Shown: positions 18,289 to 28,596, counted from the stretch's first letter. The stretch: DNA of 64,000 bases from an uncultured Gammaproteobacteria bacterium (GCA_963797555.1 CAWCPV010000003.1:576001-640000), one strand, 5' to 3'. Notes: a model not told the origin generated them from the letters alone. Made by a program: numbers and translations.

Positions 18289-19113
18289 TCACCCACTGGT
18301 CGATTTCGGTCGTCCTACCGTGGTGTGGCTGACTCGGGAGGACATATTCTCGAGTGTGATCAACACGGGATCTCGCTGGAGCACGGTGACGTCGTGACTT
18401 ACGTTCCCGCTCGTCAACGTCAAGAAGGACCCGTGGTCGACGAAGGTGAAGTTGTCCCCCCTGCTTGCGGTCGTCCCGCCGGTCGTGATCGAGATGTTTT
18501 GGGAGATATTTTCTCCGCTGATCGTCATGGCCCCGCTCGCCGTGATGTTCCCTTGGGCGGTATCCAGTACCGCGCCGGTGCTCCGGCTCAGAGTCGTCCT
18601 TGTCAGGTCGTAGGTTCCGTCGAGTGAGCCGGTCGATGTCCCGATGATGGCGAAGTTCTGCATGTTCTGTTGCCACTGGAGCGTTACGTTCGTGCCCGGT
18701 GACGGAAAATCGGGCGCCAGATGCAGGTTGTTCGCCCCGCGCAGAAATTCCTGACCGAAGGTAGTGACCGTGAATGCCGCCTGCCCGAACTCGACGCCAT
18801 CGGCGAGCGCGCGCACGGTATGGGGGCCATCGCCGAGCCGGTTGAAGTTGATCAGCAACGCGAATCCGTTGTTGGTATCGCCGCACACCGGGAGGGTGTC
18901 TTCGCGGATGGTGCCGTAAGCAGCATCCACCGTCTGCACGCCGTCGAACTCGATCTCGATGCGGGTCGCGCTGCAATTCCACCCCGAGACCACACCGATG
19001 CCGCTCATATAGGAAGCGGGCGCGGGGATCTCCAAATAGCCTTGCGCCCATGCCGGCCCGCCGCTCGCCAGTCCCACCGCCAACGCGAATACCGCTCTAG
19101 TCGTCCTGTTCAT
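18289..19113 (-). CDS. Secreted hypothetical protein (Ig-like and beta-rich domains)
   Basis: Signal peptide AWA-Q; LEIP..SGIG.VSGWNC, YGT.REDT..VCGDTNNGF.LL.NFN.LGDG.H. Confidence 0.7.
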   Translation of the reverse strand: MNRTTRAVFALAVGLASGGPAWAQGYLEIPAPASYMSGIGVVSGWNCSATRIEIEFDGVQTVDAAYGTIREDTLPVCGDTNNGFALLINFNRLGDGPHTVRALADGVEFGQAAFTVTTFGQEFLRGANNLHLAPDFPSPGTNVTLQWQQNMQNFAIIGTSTGSLDGTYDLTRTTLSRSTGAVLDTAQGNITASGAMTISGENISQNISITTGGTTASRGDNFTFVDHGSFLTLTSGNVSHDVTVLQRDPVLITLENMSSRVSHTTVGRPKSTSG

Positions 19114-19242
19114 GGGAGCTATTTCCTCCGGTGGAAGATGCTGTCGAGCACCATGTGCCTACTCCTTCGCCCGGCGGCCCGTCCGTGCCGCCGCCTATGG
19201 CGAGCCGGGCAGAAACGGTTTCTCGGGGTGCCCATCGCTGCG

Positions 19243-20910
19243 CTAGGGGATGATCCAATCTGTCTCGGGAACGAGCTGGTCGCTGTCGGGAGCAGCAAAA
19301 CGCACGATGTATCCCCCTTTGACGCGAAGCGCTGATTGGGTCCGAGGCTGAGGCGATGGTACATGGCGGTCGCCAAGCGTTTGCTGATCACGTCCTCGGC
19401 GGTTTCCAGGAGATAATCGCGGTGCAGATTCTCCTGCATTTCGTCGAGCTTTTCCGACATGAGAGCGCAGGCGAGATAGGCATCGGTCTGCACTCGCTCA
19501 TCGACCAGTTGCAAATTCCGTTTCTTGAACCAAGTGGAAATGAACGTATAGGCCATGTTCGCGCGCCGCTTGTCCGGAAGCTCGAACGGATACGCCATCC
19601 GCGCCAGCGCCTTCCAGGCAGGTGGGACCGGTGCCTGCTCTCCTCCTGCGAGGATCGCCGAGAAATAGGCCGCCGCGCCCGCGGCCGGCACCTCCGCCAG
19701 CTTCGCCACATCGGCCCCGCGCAGCCAAAATACCAGGACGTCTCCACTTCCCACATCGGCGATAGCTTGCCGCAGCACGGCCGCGTCGACCGTGTGCAGA
19801 ACCCGTTCTTCGAGCGGGATGACCCGACTTCCGCAGTGCCTTCTCCAGCGCCTGAGCAGCCCCGGCGGCGGCCGGGTCATCGCCGCGGATCTGGACCACC
19901 CGTTTCACGCCCGCGTGCTCACCCCGCTCACTGAGCTGATGTGCGAGTATGTGCGCTTCCAGGATGACCCCTTCGGAGAAGTAGACAGGGTAGTAGTCAG
20001 CCGGCGCGACCACCGGAAGATCCACCGTCGGAAACCAGCACGGAATACCCTGCTTCTCGCAGAATTCATGCACCGGCGCCCAGTCGCCCTGCGACAGGCC
20101 CGAGATCAGTGCGAATACCGGCTGGCGCTGGTAGTGGTCGGCGAGCTGCGCCTCCCACGTCTCGGGCGGACCGCTCAGATCCCACACCTGCAGATCCCAC
20201 GAGCGGTAGGTCTTGTACTGGGAGCCGGGGTAAGGCTGCTCGCGGAGCTTGTCGAGCCGCGTCCCCCTGTTCTTGATATCGAAGAAGGTATGCAGCACAT
20301 CGAGCATGGCCTTGCGCTTGGCCGGGTCAACGTCCGGCGTCATGACCGTGGCGAAGCGAATACTGTCCTCGGTGACGCCGGGCGACCATTGCTTCGAAAG
20401 TTGCTTCAGGTAGTCGACCAGAAGCTGCGCGTCGGAATCGCTCAGCGCGTAACGCGGCATCATCCCGTCCAGAGTGACGCCTGACGAGTCCGTGCCTTCG
20501 CGGATCGCGCGCACCAAGGTCTGGTCCGTATAGGGATCGTGCAAGCGGTTCCGGCCGAGAGCGTGGGCGAAGTCCGGACCGCGGGCGCGGTGCAGGTCCA
20601 TCGGACCGCCCGCGGTTGGCCGAGGCTGATACAGGAACCGACCGGTGATGGGCAGAATAATCCGGGTGCCCTCCACCGTGCCCAGCCCACTGCGGCGATG
20701 GCACAGGACGCACGCCGCGAAAGCGCCCGACACCACGACGCCGCCCGGGTGCGCCCCCCGCAGCGGCTCCCCCGAAGGCAACACGCCTTCGCGGTAGATA
20801 CGCTGGGCCATATACCCTCCCGCGGCGGCCGGGGCTTGAGCAGCAGCCGCACTCCAAGCGGGCGCCGCACAAGCCGTCAGCAGCGCACCGAGCAGCACCC
20901 GCACGAGCAT
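19243..20910 (-). CDS. Cytochrome c fused to a periplasmic-binding-protein-like domain (frameshifted)
   Basis: Signal peptide, CVLCH, MMPRY, WSPGVTEDSIRFATV; continues through 19119-19880 and ends FASKG/GYIVRF..DWIIP* at 19243 after two indels. Confidence 0.75.
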
Positions 20911-20968
20911 GGCCGGACCGGTCTGGGAACAGGGTGATGTGCGGTCTTATGTAACGCCGCGTATGCCG

Positions 20969-21610
20969 TCAGTTGGCCGCGAGGAACTGACGAGTTTCCT
21001 TGACCAGCTCGTCAGGCGGCACGAAGCCCTCGAGCCGCACCCAGGGCTTGCCCGGCGCCGCACGCAGAAACGTCACGGCGACGTGGTTCATCTTGTCCGT
21101 GCGGTACACATCGAATGCCTTCTGCAGCGCAACGCTCGCCTTCACCGTTCCGGTATAGAAGCTCCACTGCGGGCCGGCGTGGAACTTCTTCGCGTACTCG
21201 GTGAGCCGCGCCGGGGTGTCCTGCTCCGGGTCGATGGAGATCGAGACCATGCGCACTTTGCTGCCCTCGTCGCCGAGCCGGCTCTGGACTTGGGCGAAGG
21301 TCTGACTCAGGATGGGGCAGACAGCCGTGCAGGTGGTGAAGATGAAGTCGAGGATCACCGGCTTGCCGTCGTCGATCGCCTTGGGAAAGTCGACCTCGGC
21401 CCCGTCCGCCCGCACCAGCGTCACCTCGGGAACCGTGTAGCCGACCGTGGTCCTTTCCCAGGTGTCCGTCGCCGCCGCCGCAGGATGGTGATGGGCGTGC
21501 GGGTCCTGTGCGGTGTCGCCAACCGCAGCCCCCGAGACCGCCAGCGCAACGAGAGCACCCAGCAGCACCCCGCGGCCTGCGGATCGATTCGAGCGATTCG
21601 GCAGCTCCAT
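20969..21610 (-). CDS. SCO1/SenC family copper chaperone
   Basis: FIFTTCTAVCP (CxxxC), SIDPEQDTP, distal His (KMNH); His-rich N-terminus HAHHH. Confidence 0.93.
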   Translation of the reverse strand: MELPNRSNRSAGRGVLLGALVALAVSGAAVGDTAQDPHAHHHPAAAATDTWERTTVGYTVPEVTLVRADGAEVDFPKAIDDGKPVILDFIFTTCTAVCPILSQTFAQVQSRLGDEGSKVRMVSISIDPEQDTPARLTEYAKKFHAGPQWSFYTGTVKASVALQKAFDVYRTDKMNHVAVTFLRAAPGKPWVRLEGFVPPDELVKETRQFLAAN

Positions 21611-21622
21611 TTCCGTCTCCTG

Positions 21623-23525
21623 CTACTTGATCTTGATCGACAGGGGTTTCGTCGCGACCAGGGGGGGGCTCTGGCTGTGGTCGGTGACTTGGGCCGTGAA
21701 GCTGTAGGTGCCCGCCGTATTAGGCATGGGCACCCCCGTGATCTTTCCGGTCGTGGCGTCGAGGCTGAGCCCGGGCGGCAAGCTGCCCGCGGCCAGCGAC
21801 CACGCGTAGGGCTTTATTCCACCCTTGGCAGCCAACGCCTTGGAGTACGCCGTGCCGACAGTGCCTGCAGCGAGGGTCGAGGTGGTGATTATCAAGGGAT
21901 CGACGACCACCATGATGGAGAGCGGCTGTGTGGCTTTGCTCCCCAGCGTGTCTTTGGCCTGGACCGTGAAGCTGAACACACCGGGCGCCGTCGGCGTGCC
22001 GGAAATGGCGCCCGTCTTCGCGACGAGACTCAGCTTCGCCGGCAGCGTGCCTGAGATACGCGACCACGTGTAAGGGGGGGTGCCGCCGCTCGCCTGCAGT
22101 ATCTGCTTGTAGGCCACGCCCACGTGTGCGTTCGGGAGAGAGGTCGTGAGGATGCTCACGGGCATCGTTCCGGTGATGTCGGCATAGGCCGCGTACACGT
22201 TGATCAGACCGTATCCGTAGTTGTTGTCCGCCCCGGCCGTGCCCAGGTCCGTTGCGGTGCTCTCGAGCTCTTGCTCGAATCTCGCCCACTGTTAGGGTCG
22301 GGGACGCGCTGAGGAGCAGGGCTGCCGCTCCGGCGACGTGGGGCGCGGAGAACGATGTCCCCGAGACCCAGACATACCCTCCGCCTGGTTTCGCGGTCTT
22401 CACGCTCACGCCCGGAGCCACCGTGCTCGGGAACACGCCATTGAAACCGGGGCAGGCCGAAGTCCCTCGGCTGCTGAAGGACGCCACCGTGTTGGTGCTG
22501 TCGACGGCACCGGCCGAGAACCCATCGAGGTTGTTAGCGGGGCTGATGCTCGTCGACAGGTGCGGTCCGGAATTACCGGCGGAGAAGACCACGACGATCC
22601 CTGCAGACCTCAGCGTCTCGAAATCGCTCTGGAACGTGTTGTCGCAGGTGTTCACCCCGCTCAGCCCCCAGGAGGCATTGACGACGTCCGGAGCGTCCGT
22701 CGTGGTCGAATTCCCATCGGGGTCGAGAAGCCACTGGAATGCCTGGTGGATGATACTGAGCGTCGTGTTGCCGGAGTCGTCGAAGATCTTCGCGGCGATC
22801 CACGTCGCGTCCGGCGCCACGCCGATCGCCGTGCCCCCGGCGCTGCCGCCCACCATGACGCCCATCGTCTGTGTGCCGTGACCGATGGCATCATAGGGGG
22901 TCGGGTGAATCTTGTAGATGTCGAACGGGTCGAACCAGCTATCCGTCCCCCCGCGCCACTTGCTCTGCAGGTCCGGATGGGTGAAGTCGACGCCGGTGTC
23001 CATGTTGGCCACGACGACGCCGCCTCCCCCATCCCCGAGACTCCACACGTCGGGGGCATGAATGTCCGTGATGTTCCATTCCGGCGCCGCGGCGGCTGCC
23101 TGAGTCACTACCGGGGCGCTGACCGTCGAGTCCAGCTCGACGCTCTGGACGCCCGGGAACCTCGTCAGTGCACGTATCAGGCCCGGCTTGGCGGCGACCG
23201 CAATGCCGTTGATGATCCAAAGCGGCGTGAACCGTGCCGCCCCCCCTGCCCGCAGCAGCGCCCTGACCGGGCCCTGGGTCGCATCGCTTTTCGCCCGCAT
23301 GGCCTGGGCGATCTGCGCCCCACGCACATGCTTGTCAGGGGCCCGAAACGCCTTCGGGTCCACTCGGTCCGAAAGCGTCACGATGACCGGTATTTCATCA
23401 TTCGGACCGGCGGACTGGAGTGCTTCGGGGAGAGTCTGCGGAGTCGCGGCCTCCTGGGCGACCGAAACGGCGCCGCAAAGCACCAGAAGCAAACACCCGA
23501 CCGACGAAGCGAAAAGTCTTTTCAT
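21623..23525 (-). CDS. S8 subtilase with prodomain and C-terminal Ig-like (He_PIG-type) repeats; frameshift at ~22265
   Basis: Catalytic motifs MDTGVD, HGTQTMG, FSAGNSG, GTSFSAPHV; DNNYGYGLIN links it to ORF 21623-22198, which has two LQASGG..PYTWS..G.LP..LSL repeats. Confidence 0.88.
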
Positions 23526-23538
23526 GGTCTGGTCCCGC

Positions 23539-24033
23539 TCATTCCACGACGATGTTTTCCAGCTTGCAGTCCCCGATGACCACGGTGACCTTGCTGCCCT
23601 TCTTCACCTTCTCGAGGGCATTGGAAAACAAGATGTAGTACTGCTTGCCGACCACCGGCGGGTTTCTCACGCTCGCCCGCAGCGCGCCGACGTTGGTATC
23701 TTCCGGCGAGCCCAACGCCGACCGCGTTGCCGGGTCGAACAGGTAGGGCTTGATCCGCTGGTCGAAGAGAGGCCGTGCTTTGACGGCGTCGACCACCTGG
23801 TAGCGGAAATCCAGCATGCGGCCGCCGAACGTTGGGCGCAGAGCCACCGGCTTGATTCCCCAGGTGGCCTCGGGCGACGCGGCAGCGGTCTGAGCGGCCG
23901 ATGCCGGAGCCGGAGCCTGTTGCTGTTCCGCGGGGGCGGCCAAAGCCGGCGCCGCCACCGTCAGGGACGCGAGCGCACAAAGACCTACTACGCTCTCGAT
24001 ACGGTTCATAGCCAGGACAGTTGGGCGTCTCAC
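23539..24033 (-). CDS. Periplasmic/secreted hypothetical protein
   Basis: Signal peptide, Ala/Pro linker, MLDFRYQVVD..KA.PLFD..IKPYL, YYILFSN..VK.GSKVTVVIGD; tightly packed in the operon. Confidence 0.75.
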   Translation of the reverse strand: MRRPTVLAMNRIESVVGLCALASLTVAAPALAAPAEQQQAPAPASAAQTAAASPEATWGIKPVALRPTFGGRMLDFRYQVVDAVKARPLFDQRIKPYLFDPATRSALGSPEDTNVGALRASVRNPPVVGKQYYILFSNALEKVKKGSKVTVVIGDCKLENIVVE

Positions 24034-24116
24034 GCGGCCTTCGGTTCATCTCCCTCCCCCGGGTGTCGACCCGGGGGAGAAGAGAGTACGATGGCCCCCG
24101 ACGGCGCCGTCTCCGA

Positions 24117-25580
24117 TCAGCTTGCGGTGCCGTGCAAGGCAACGCTCAGGGTCGGCGTGGGGTTGTTGGTGGTGATGTTCAGGTTCGGCCCACCCGTGTT
24201 CCACTTGTTACCGGCCGTGCCACTGGGCGGCGCGAACCTGACGGTGAAGGTCATGCTGCCTCCTCCGGGGGCCAGGGTGGCCGGCAGCGGAACGCTGGTG
24301 GCGGTGACCGAGTACATGTTCCGGAATGCGGTGGTCCCGCCGGCAATCGTGTAGCTGGACACGAGCCCGGGTACCGTACCGGTATTGGTGACCGTCACGA
24401 CGCCTGTGGTGCAACTGCTCGTCGCCAGACAGTTGCGGGCCGAGCTCAGAACGAGCGGGGTCGGGCTCGCCCCCAGAGTCGGTGAAGCGACAGCCAGGTA
24501 CGCGAGCATGCCCCCGGGCGACAGGCCGTTGTTCGTGAGATTCAGGCGCCGGTCGAAGACCGGGATGTTGCCCAGCGCCGTCGGGGTGAGGATGGCATCC
24601 ATGGTCTTGCCCGCCGGCATCAGCACTTCATACTGCTGCTTGGGAGCGGGGACCACCGCGCCCGACGTGTCGATGGCGGACATGAAGTTCCCGTCCTCGG
24701 CAATGAGAGCCATGTCGGGCCCGAGCACCACGGGCGCCTTGGTCTCGAGGCCCGCATTCAGGAAACGCAGCAGCAGCTTGGTGCCGGGTGATCCGCCCGG
24801 CAGGGGCGCCGCGGCCCCCGTGTACGGCTGCCCATTGACGAGAAAATACTTCGGGTGGTAGTCGGACGTGCTCGTCATCGTGCCCGCCGGCCCGTAATCC
24901 CCGGTCGCAACGGCGTTGTGAAGCACCGGGTCGATCTCGCTCAGCAGCAGGGTCGTCTCGCTGTCGAACGCGCTCGACGGGTCGTCGTAGGCCCGCCCTG
25001 GGGTGGTAGGCAATACCTTGAGCACTCCATAGAGCCCCATCTGCTCCTGGACAGCCGGGTGCGTGCCGCTCTCGATCAGGTACGTTCCCGCCTTGAGGTT
25101 GTTGAAGGTGTACGTCGAGCTAACGCCCAGCGCCGTTTCCGTCGTGAAGGACCGCACCCGTTGCGTGGGGCTCGACCTGGGGCCACAGGGGCCAGTGGTC
25201 CAGCAGGGCCAACTGCCCGGCGTCAGAACAGGCGTCTGCCCGGGAATGACGACCGACACAGGCTCAATGTACAGGCCGCTCAGATCGTTCTCGACGTTGA
25301 TATTCAGCGTATCGCCCTCGACCGCCGTCAGGACCACGGGGCCCCATGGGGTTCCGGGGGCAGGCGCGGTGTAGCCGCTGTCGGTCACGTCGAAGCCCCA
25401 CATCGTGATGTCTGCGGGGGGGATGGTGGGCGCAGCCGCATTGTACGTTCCCGCGGGTATCGTGAACACGTCCGCCCTGAGGTACACATCCACCGTGGCG
25501 GCGGCTGCGTCCCCCGCCGCAACGAGCCCGAGGCATGTCGCCGCGGCAAGTCCTGCGCCGATTCTCTTCATGGTATTCAT
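24117..25580 (-). CDS. Two-domain cupredoxin (multicopper oxidase-like) subunit C, no canonical Cu ligands, with C-terminal Ig-like domain
   Basis: MWGF, GP...EGDTL.INVENDL, AGTYLIESGTHPAVQEQMGLYG, LVNGQPY, RFLNAG, IAEDG; no HxH or HCH. Confidence 0.8.
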   Translation of the reverse strand: MNTMKRIGAGLAAATCLGLVAAGDAAAATVDVYLRADVFTIPAGTYNAAAPTIPPADITMWGFDVTDSGYTAPAPGTPWGPVVLTAVEGDTLNINVENDLSGLYIEPVSVVIPGQTPVLTPGSWPCWTTGPCGPRSSPTQRVRSFTTETALGVSSTYTFNNLKAGTYLIESGTHPAVQEQMGLYGVLKVLPTTPGRAYDDPSSAFDSETTLLLSEIDPVLHNAVATGDYGPAGTMTSTSDYHPKYFLVNGQPYTGAAAPLPGGSPGTKLLLRFLNAGLETKAPVVLGPDMALIAEDGNFMSAIDTSGAVVPAPKQQYEVLMPAGKTMDAILTPTALGNIPVFDRRLNLTNNGLSPGGMLAYLAVASPTLGASPTPLVLSSARNCLATSSCTTGVVTVTNTGTVPGLVSSYTIAGGTTAFRNMYSVTATSVPLPATLAPGGGSMTFTVRFAPPSGTAGNKWNTGGPNLNITTNNPTPTLSVALHGTAS

Positions 25581-25594
25581 GGCCTGCCTCCGAT

Positions 25595-27163
25595 TCACCA
25601 GATGTGGCATGGATTGGATAGACCGGGGGCGCCCGGACACACGGCGGCTACGCCTTCGATTGGCAGCACGAGGGCCATCGTAGCCATACCACCGATGAAG
25701 ATGTCATTGGTCGTCAGCTCGCGCTCGTTGTGCGAATGCCACATGTACGAGAGCCCGCCCAACGGGTTCTTGTCGACGTGAATGGTTCCGTCCGGATTCA
25801 GGGGCGGAAGGGCCCCGGGAACCCCCAGGTACGGACTGCCGCCATACAACTGGCCGAACGCGAGCGTGCTCTCGTCAGCCAGCTCTACGGGCAGCGGCTT
25901 GTTATGGTCCGCGCACCACTCGTGGCTGGTCAGGTCGAAACCGCTCCCGTCGGGGGTGCAGGTGTGAGGGTTGATGTCCGTGGTGCCGTAAACGTCCCAC
26001 CCGAGCTTGGCTCCGGTCCAGGGTCCCCAGACGGCGTCCACCGTCTCGCCCGGCACCGACGTGGTGGTGTAGTCCGACACGCCCAGATCCGCAACGGCAG
26101 AGGCGCCCGAGGTCAGAACGGCGGTGCTCAACACTCTGCCATCGCGCGCGATGACCACGTGGTTCTGGCCGTGCGTGTGGAGGGGATGCAGGTCGGCCCC
26201 CGCGCCGACCATCCGCATCAGCACCTTCTCTCCCGGGTGCATCTGCGGCCAGCCGTTGTAAGGCTGAGTCGGAAACTGCGAGGCCACCGGGTACAACGTG
26301 CGGTCGGTAGGGTAGCCCGTCTGCAGGCTCGGCGGATTCGGAAAAGTGAGGGTGTCCGGGAAGTTCCGCCCGTTGATGAACCAGTCCGTGGGATGGCGCT
26401 GGGTCATGTCGATCTGCGTGAGCCTCGCTTGGATGGCAGGGACCGTCCTGGGGGACGCCTGGGTCGCGAAAGCCACCTTCTGGTGGATCACCGGGTCGGC
26501 GTCCGACAAGAAGAAGAGATACTCACGGTCGTAGTACGTCGACGCGTCGCCGTACGCCTGGTTCGGAATGACCGTGCAATTGGCCCCCGCGCAGACGCCG
26601 CCCACCGTCGGGCGCACGATGATGGTCCCCGCGAGCCCCATCTCGTCCTGCAGATCCGGTTGCGTCCCGCTGTAGTAGATGTAGGTTCCCGGCTGTGAGG
26701 CCGTGAATCGGTACGTCACGGTGCCGGTGGTGGTGTTCGGGGCGGCCGCGCCTATCTCACCCGTCAGGATGCCCGGGGTGCCCTGGTTGCTGCCCCCGCC
26801 TCCAACGGCCGTGCCCACAGTGGCGTTCAGGCCGGGGAACACGATCAACGTCGGGACCGGCAACTGGTTGCGGAGGTTGATGGTAACGTTCGCACCCTGA
26901 TTGACGATGACCGTCGGCCCCGGGGACTGCATCCGGTTGGGACAGGTCGTCGTGCTCGCGCACAGGGCATAGCCCCACATCCACATGCTGTCGCCGTCGC
27001 CGGTGCTGATGGCGTCGGCCTTGGCCATGAGGTTCACGGTCACGTTACCCGACGTGAGTACGCGGCCGATGATCGTCGCGTCCGCGACCTTCGGGACCAG
27101 GCCCGCGATCATAGGCAGGAGCAGGGCTCCCCACCTCGCGTTCATCTTGAATGACTTGCCCAT
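25595..27163 (-). CDS. Two-domain multicopper oxidase-like subunit B (T2/T3 His in domain 2 only)
   Basis: MWGY, PGPTVIVNQG, PGTYIYYSG..EMGL (no ligands); HPLHTHG and MWHSH..GGM in domain 2; GAGGAGG RBS. Confidence 0.85.
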   Translation of the reverse strand: MGKSFKMNARWGALLLPMIAGLVPKVADATIIGRVLTSGNVTVNLMAKADAISTGDGDSMWMWGYALCASTTTCPNRMQSPGPTVIVNQGANVTINLRNQLPVPTLIVFPGLNATVGTAVGGGGSNQGTPGILTGEIGAAAPNTTTGTVTYRFTASQPGTYIYYSGTQPDLQDEMGLAGTIIVRPTVGGVCAGANCTVIPNQAYGDASTYYDREYLFFLSDADPVIHQKVAFATQASPRTVPAIQARLTQIDMTQRHPTDWFINGRNFPDTLTFPNPPSLQTGYPTDRTLYPVASQFPTQPYNGWPQMHPGEKVLMRMVGAGADLHPLHTHGQNHVVIARDGRVLSTAVLTSGASAVADLGVSDYTTTSVPGETVDAVWGPWTGAKLGWDVYGTTDINPHTCTPDGSGFDLTSHEWCADHNKPLPVELADESTLAFGQLYGGSPYLGVPGALPPLNPDGTIHVDKNPLGGLSYMWHSHNERELTTNDIFIGGMATMALVLPIEGVAAVCPGAPGLSNPCHIW

Positions 27164-27174
27164 AGCGCTCCTCC

Positions 27175-28596
27175 TCACTTCACACTGGTGCTGGCGATAC
27201 GACGATCTCGGTCATCATGCCCCCGAAATCTTCGGCGTCGTTGCTGAGACGGTTGAGATTCGTGGTGTAGATGAAATAGGTCCCCGGTGCGACGCCGGTG
27301 GTGTCGAGCAGCACGTCCACCCCTTCCCCTCCCCCGAGGGTGACGGAGGCTCGTCGCATACGAGGTGTTCACCCCCGTCGGACCGCGCAGGAGCTGCGCG
27401 CCCTGCCCCACGATGCGCATCGGGATGCCCAGAACCCGGAGCGTGGAGAAGTCCACCGTGTTCAGGCTGGACAGATGAATCAGCACGCGCTGACCCGCCG
27501 CGATCGTGGCCGGCTGCCGGGTCCCGGCGACGATGGTCATGGGGATCGCGGGCATCGGCTGGGACGGGTTGCCGTTCTGGTTCATGATCGGGTCCGGGTT
27601 GACCGTGTCCGGATAGCCCCTTCCATTGAGCAGGAGGTAGGTGTCGTCCATATCGCTGAAGCTGATCTTGTTGTAGCTGCCGTCCGCGTTGTGGAAGACC
27701 GGGTCGAAGCCCGTCTCCTGAAGGAAGTACATGACGTTGTACCCGGTGGTGCCGCACAGATTGAGGTTCGGCGTCGGACAGTCGTCATAGGCGAACGTGC
27801 TGTACGTCATGCCGTTTATCACGTCCACGACGAAAGTCCCGTCCTGGGCGGGAAGGATGTACAGATTTCCCAGCATGCCCATCTGCATGTGCTCGGCGGC
27901 CTCCACGTGGCAGTGCCACATGTAGGTGCCGGGGAACTCGTTCCGGTAGAAGTAGGTGAGGCTGCTCCCCAGGTTGATGCCGAAGGACGCCGTCGGCTCG
28001 CCGTCGAACTGGGAGGCGGCGTTCGGGAAGCCGTGGTAATGGACCGTATGAGGGTCGAAGAGATCCGGGCGCTCGCGGAAGCCCGTGTTGGTGAGCGTAA
28101 GGTACAAGTCCTGCCCTTCCTTGGCGAACAGTGTGGGCGCGGAGAAATTGGCGCCTCCCAGCGGATATCCGGACGAATCGGTCGGATTGCCTCGGACCTC
28201 GATCTCGTTTTGCGCGACATTGGTAACGTCGGAGAAGCCGAAGATGTAGATGTCGTTCCCGTCCGCCATGTTGATGTGGCCGTCGCCGCAGGTGATGGCT
28301 CGGCACACCACGGCGGGGTCCGTGGTCGCCCCCGAGGGCTGGCCGGTAACCGGGTCGATCTGCACCTTGCAGTTATCGAAGGCGGGAGCGCCCGGGTCCT
28401 GGCAGTTGGGGTCGGTCGAATTGGATGGGGTCTTGGGGTCGAACGTGCAGACCCCCCCGCATGCGCCGGTATCCGTGTTCTGCGTCAACAGCGGGTCAGG
28501 ACACTGGTACTGGAGGGCCGCACTCACCGGCATCGCCGCAGCGAGCAGCAAGAGGCCGGGCACACCTACCAAGAATCTGTTCCTCTGAATCGTCAT
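27175..28596 (-). CDS. Two-domain multicopper oxidase-like subunit A (T1 plus T2/T3 ligands in domain 1); frameshift at ~27350
   Basis: HTVHYHG and YMWHCHVEAAEHMQMGM; the alternate frame gives a paralogous C-terminus PGTYFIYTTNL..FGGMMTEIVVSPAPV* ending at 27180. Confidence 0.88.
   Translation of the reverse strand: MTIQRNRFLVGVPGLLLLAAAMPVSAALQYQCPDPLLTQNTDTGACGGVCTFDPKTPSNSTDPNCQDPGAPAFDNCKVQIDPVTGQPSGATTDPAVVCRAITCGDGHINMADGNDIYIFGFSDVTNVAQNEIEVRGNPTDSSGYPLGGANFSAPTLFAKEGQDLYLTLTNTGFRERPDLFDPHTVHYHGFPNAASQFDGEPTASFGINLGSSLTYFYRNEFPGTYMWHCHVEAAEHMQMGMLGNLYILPAQDGTFVVDVINGMTYSTFAYDDCPTPNLNLCGTTGYNVMYFLQETGFDPVFHNADGSYNKISFSDMDDTYLLLNGRGYPDTVNPDPIMNQNGNPSQPMPAIPMTIVAGTRQPATIAAGQRVLIHLSSLNTVDFSTLRVLGIPMRIVGQGAQLLRGPTGVNTSYATSLRHPRGRGRGGRAARHHRRRTGDLFHLHHESQPSQQRRRRFRGHDDRDRRIASTSVK

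Noticed and set aside
27175-28596. Copper nitrite reductase NirK
   Set aside because: It has HxxHxH and HCH laccase-type trinuclear ligands rather than the NirK pattern, and no domain-2 T2 His.
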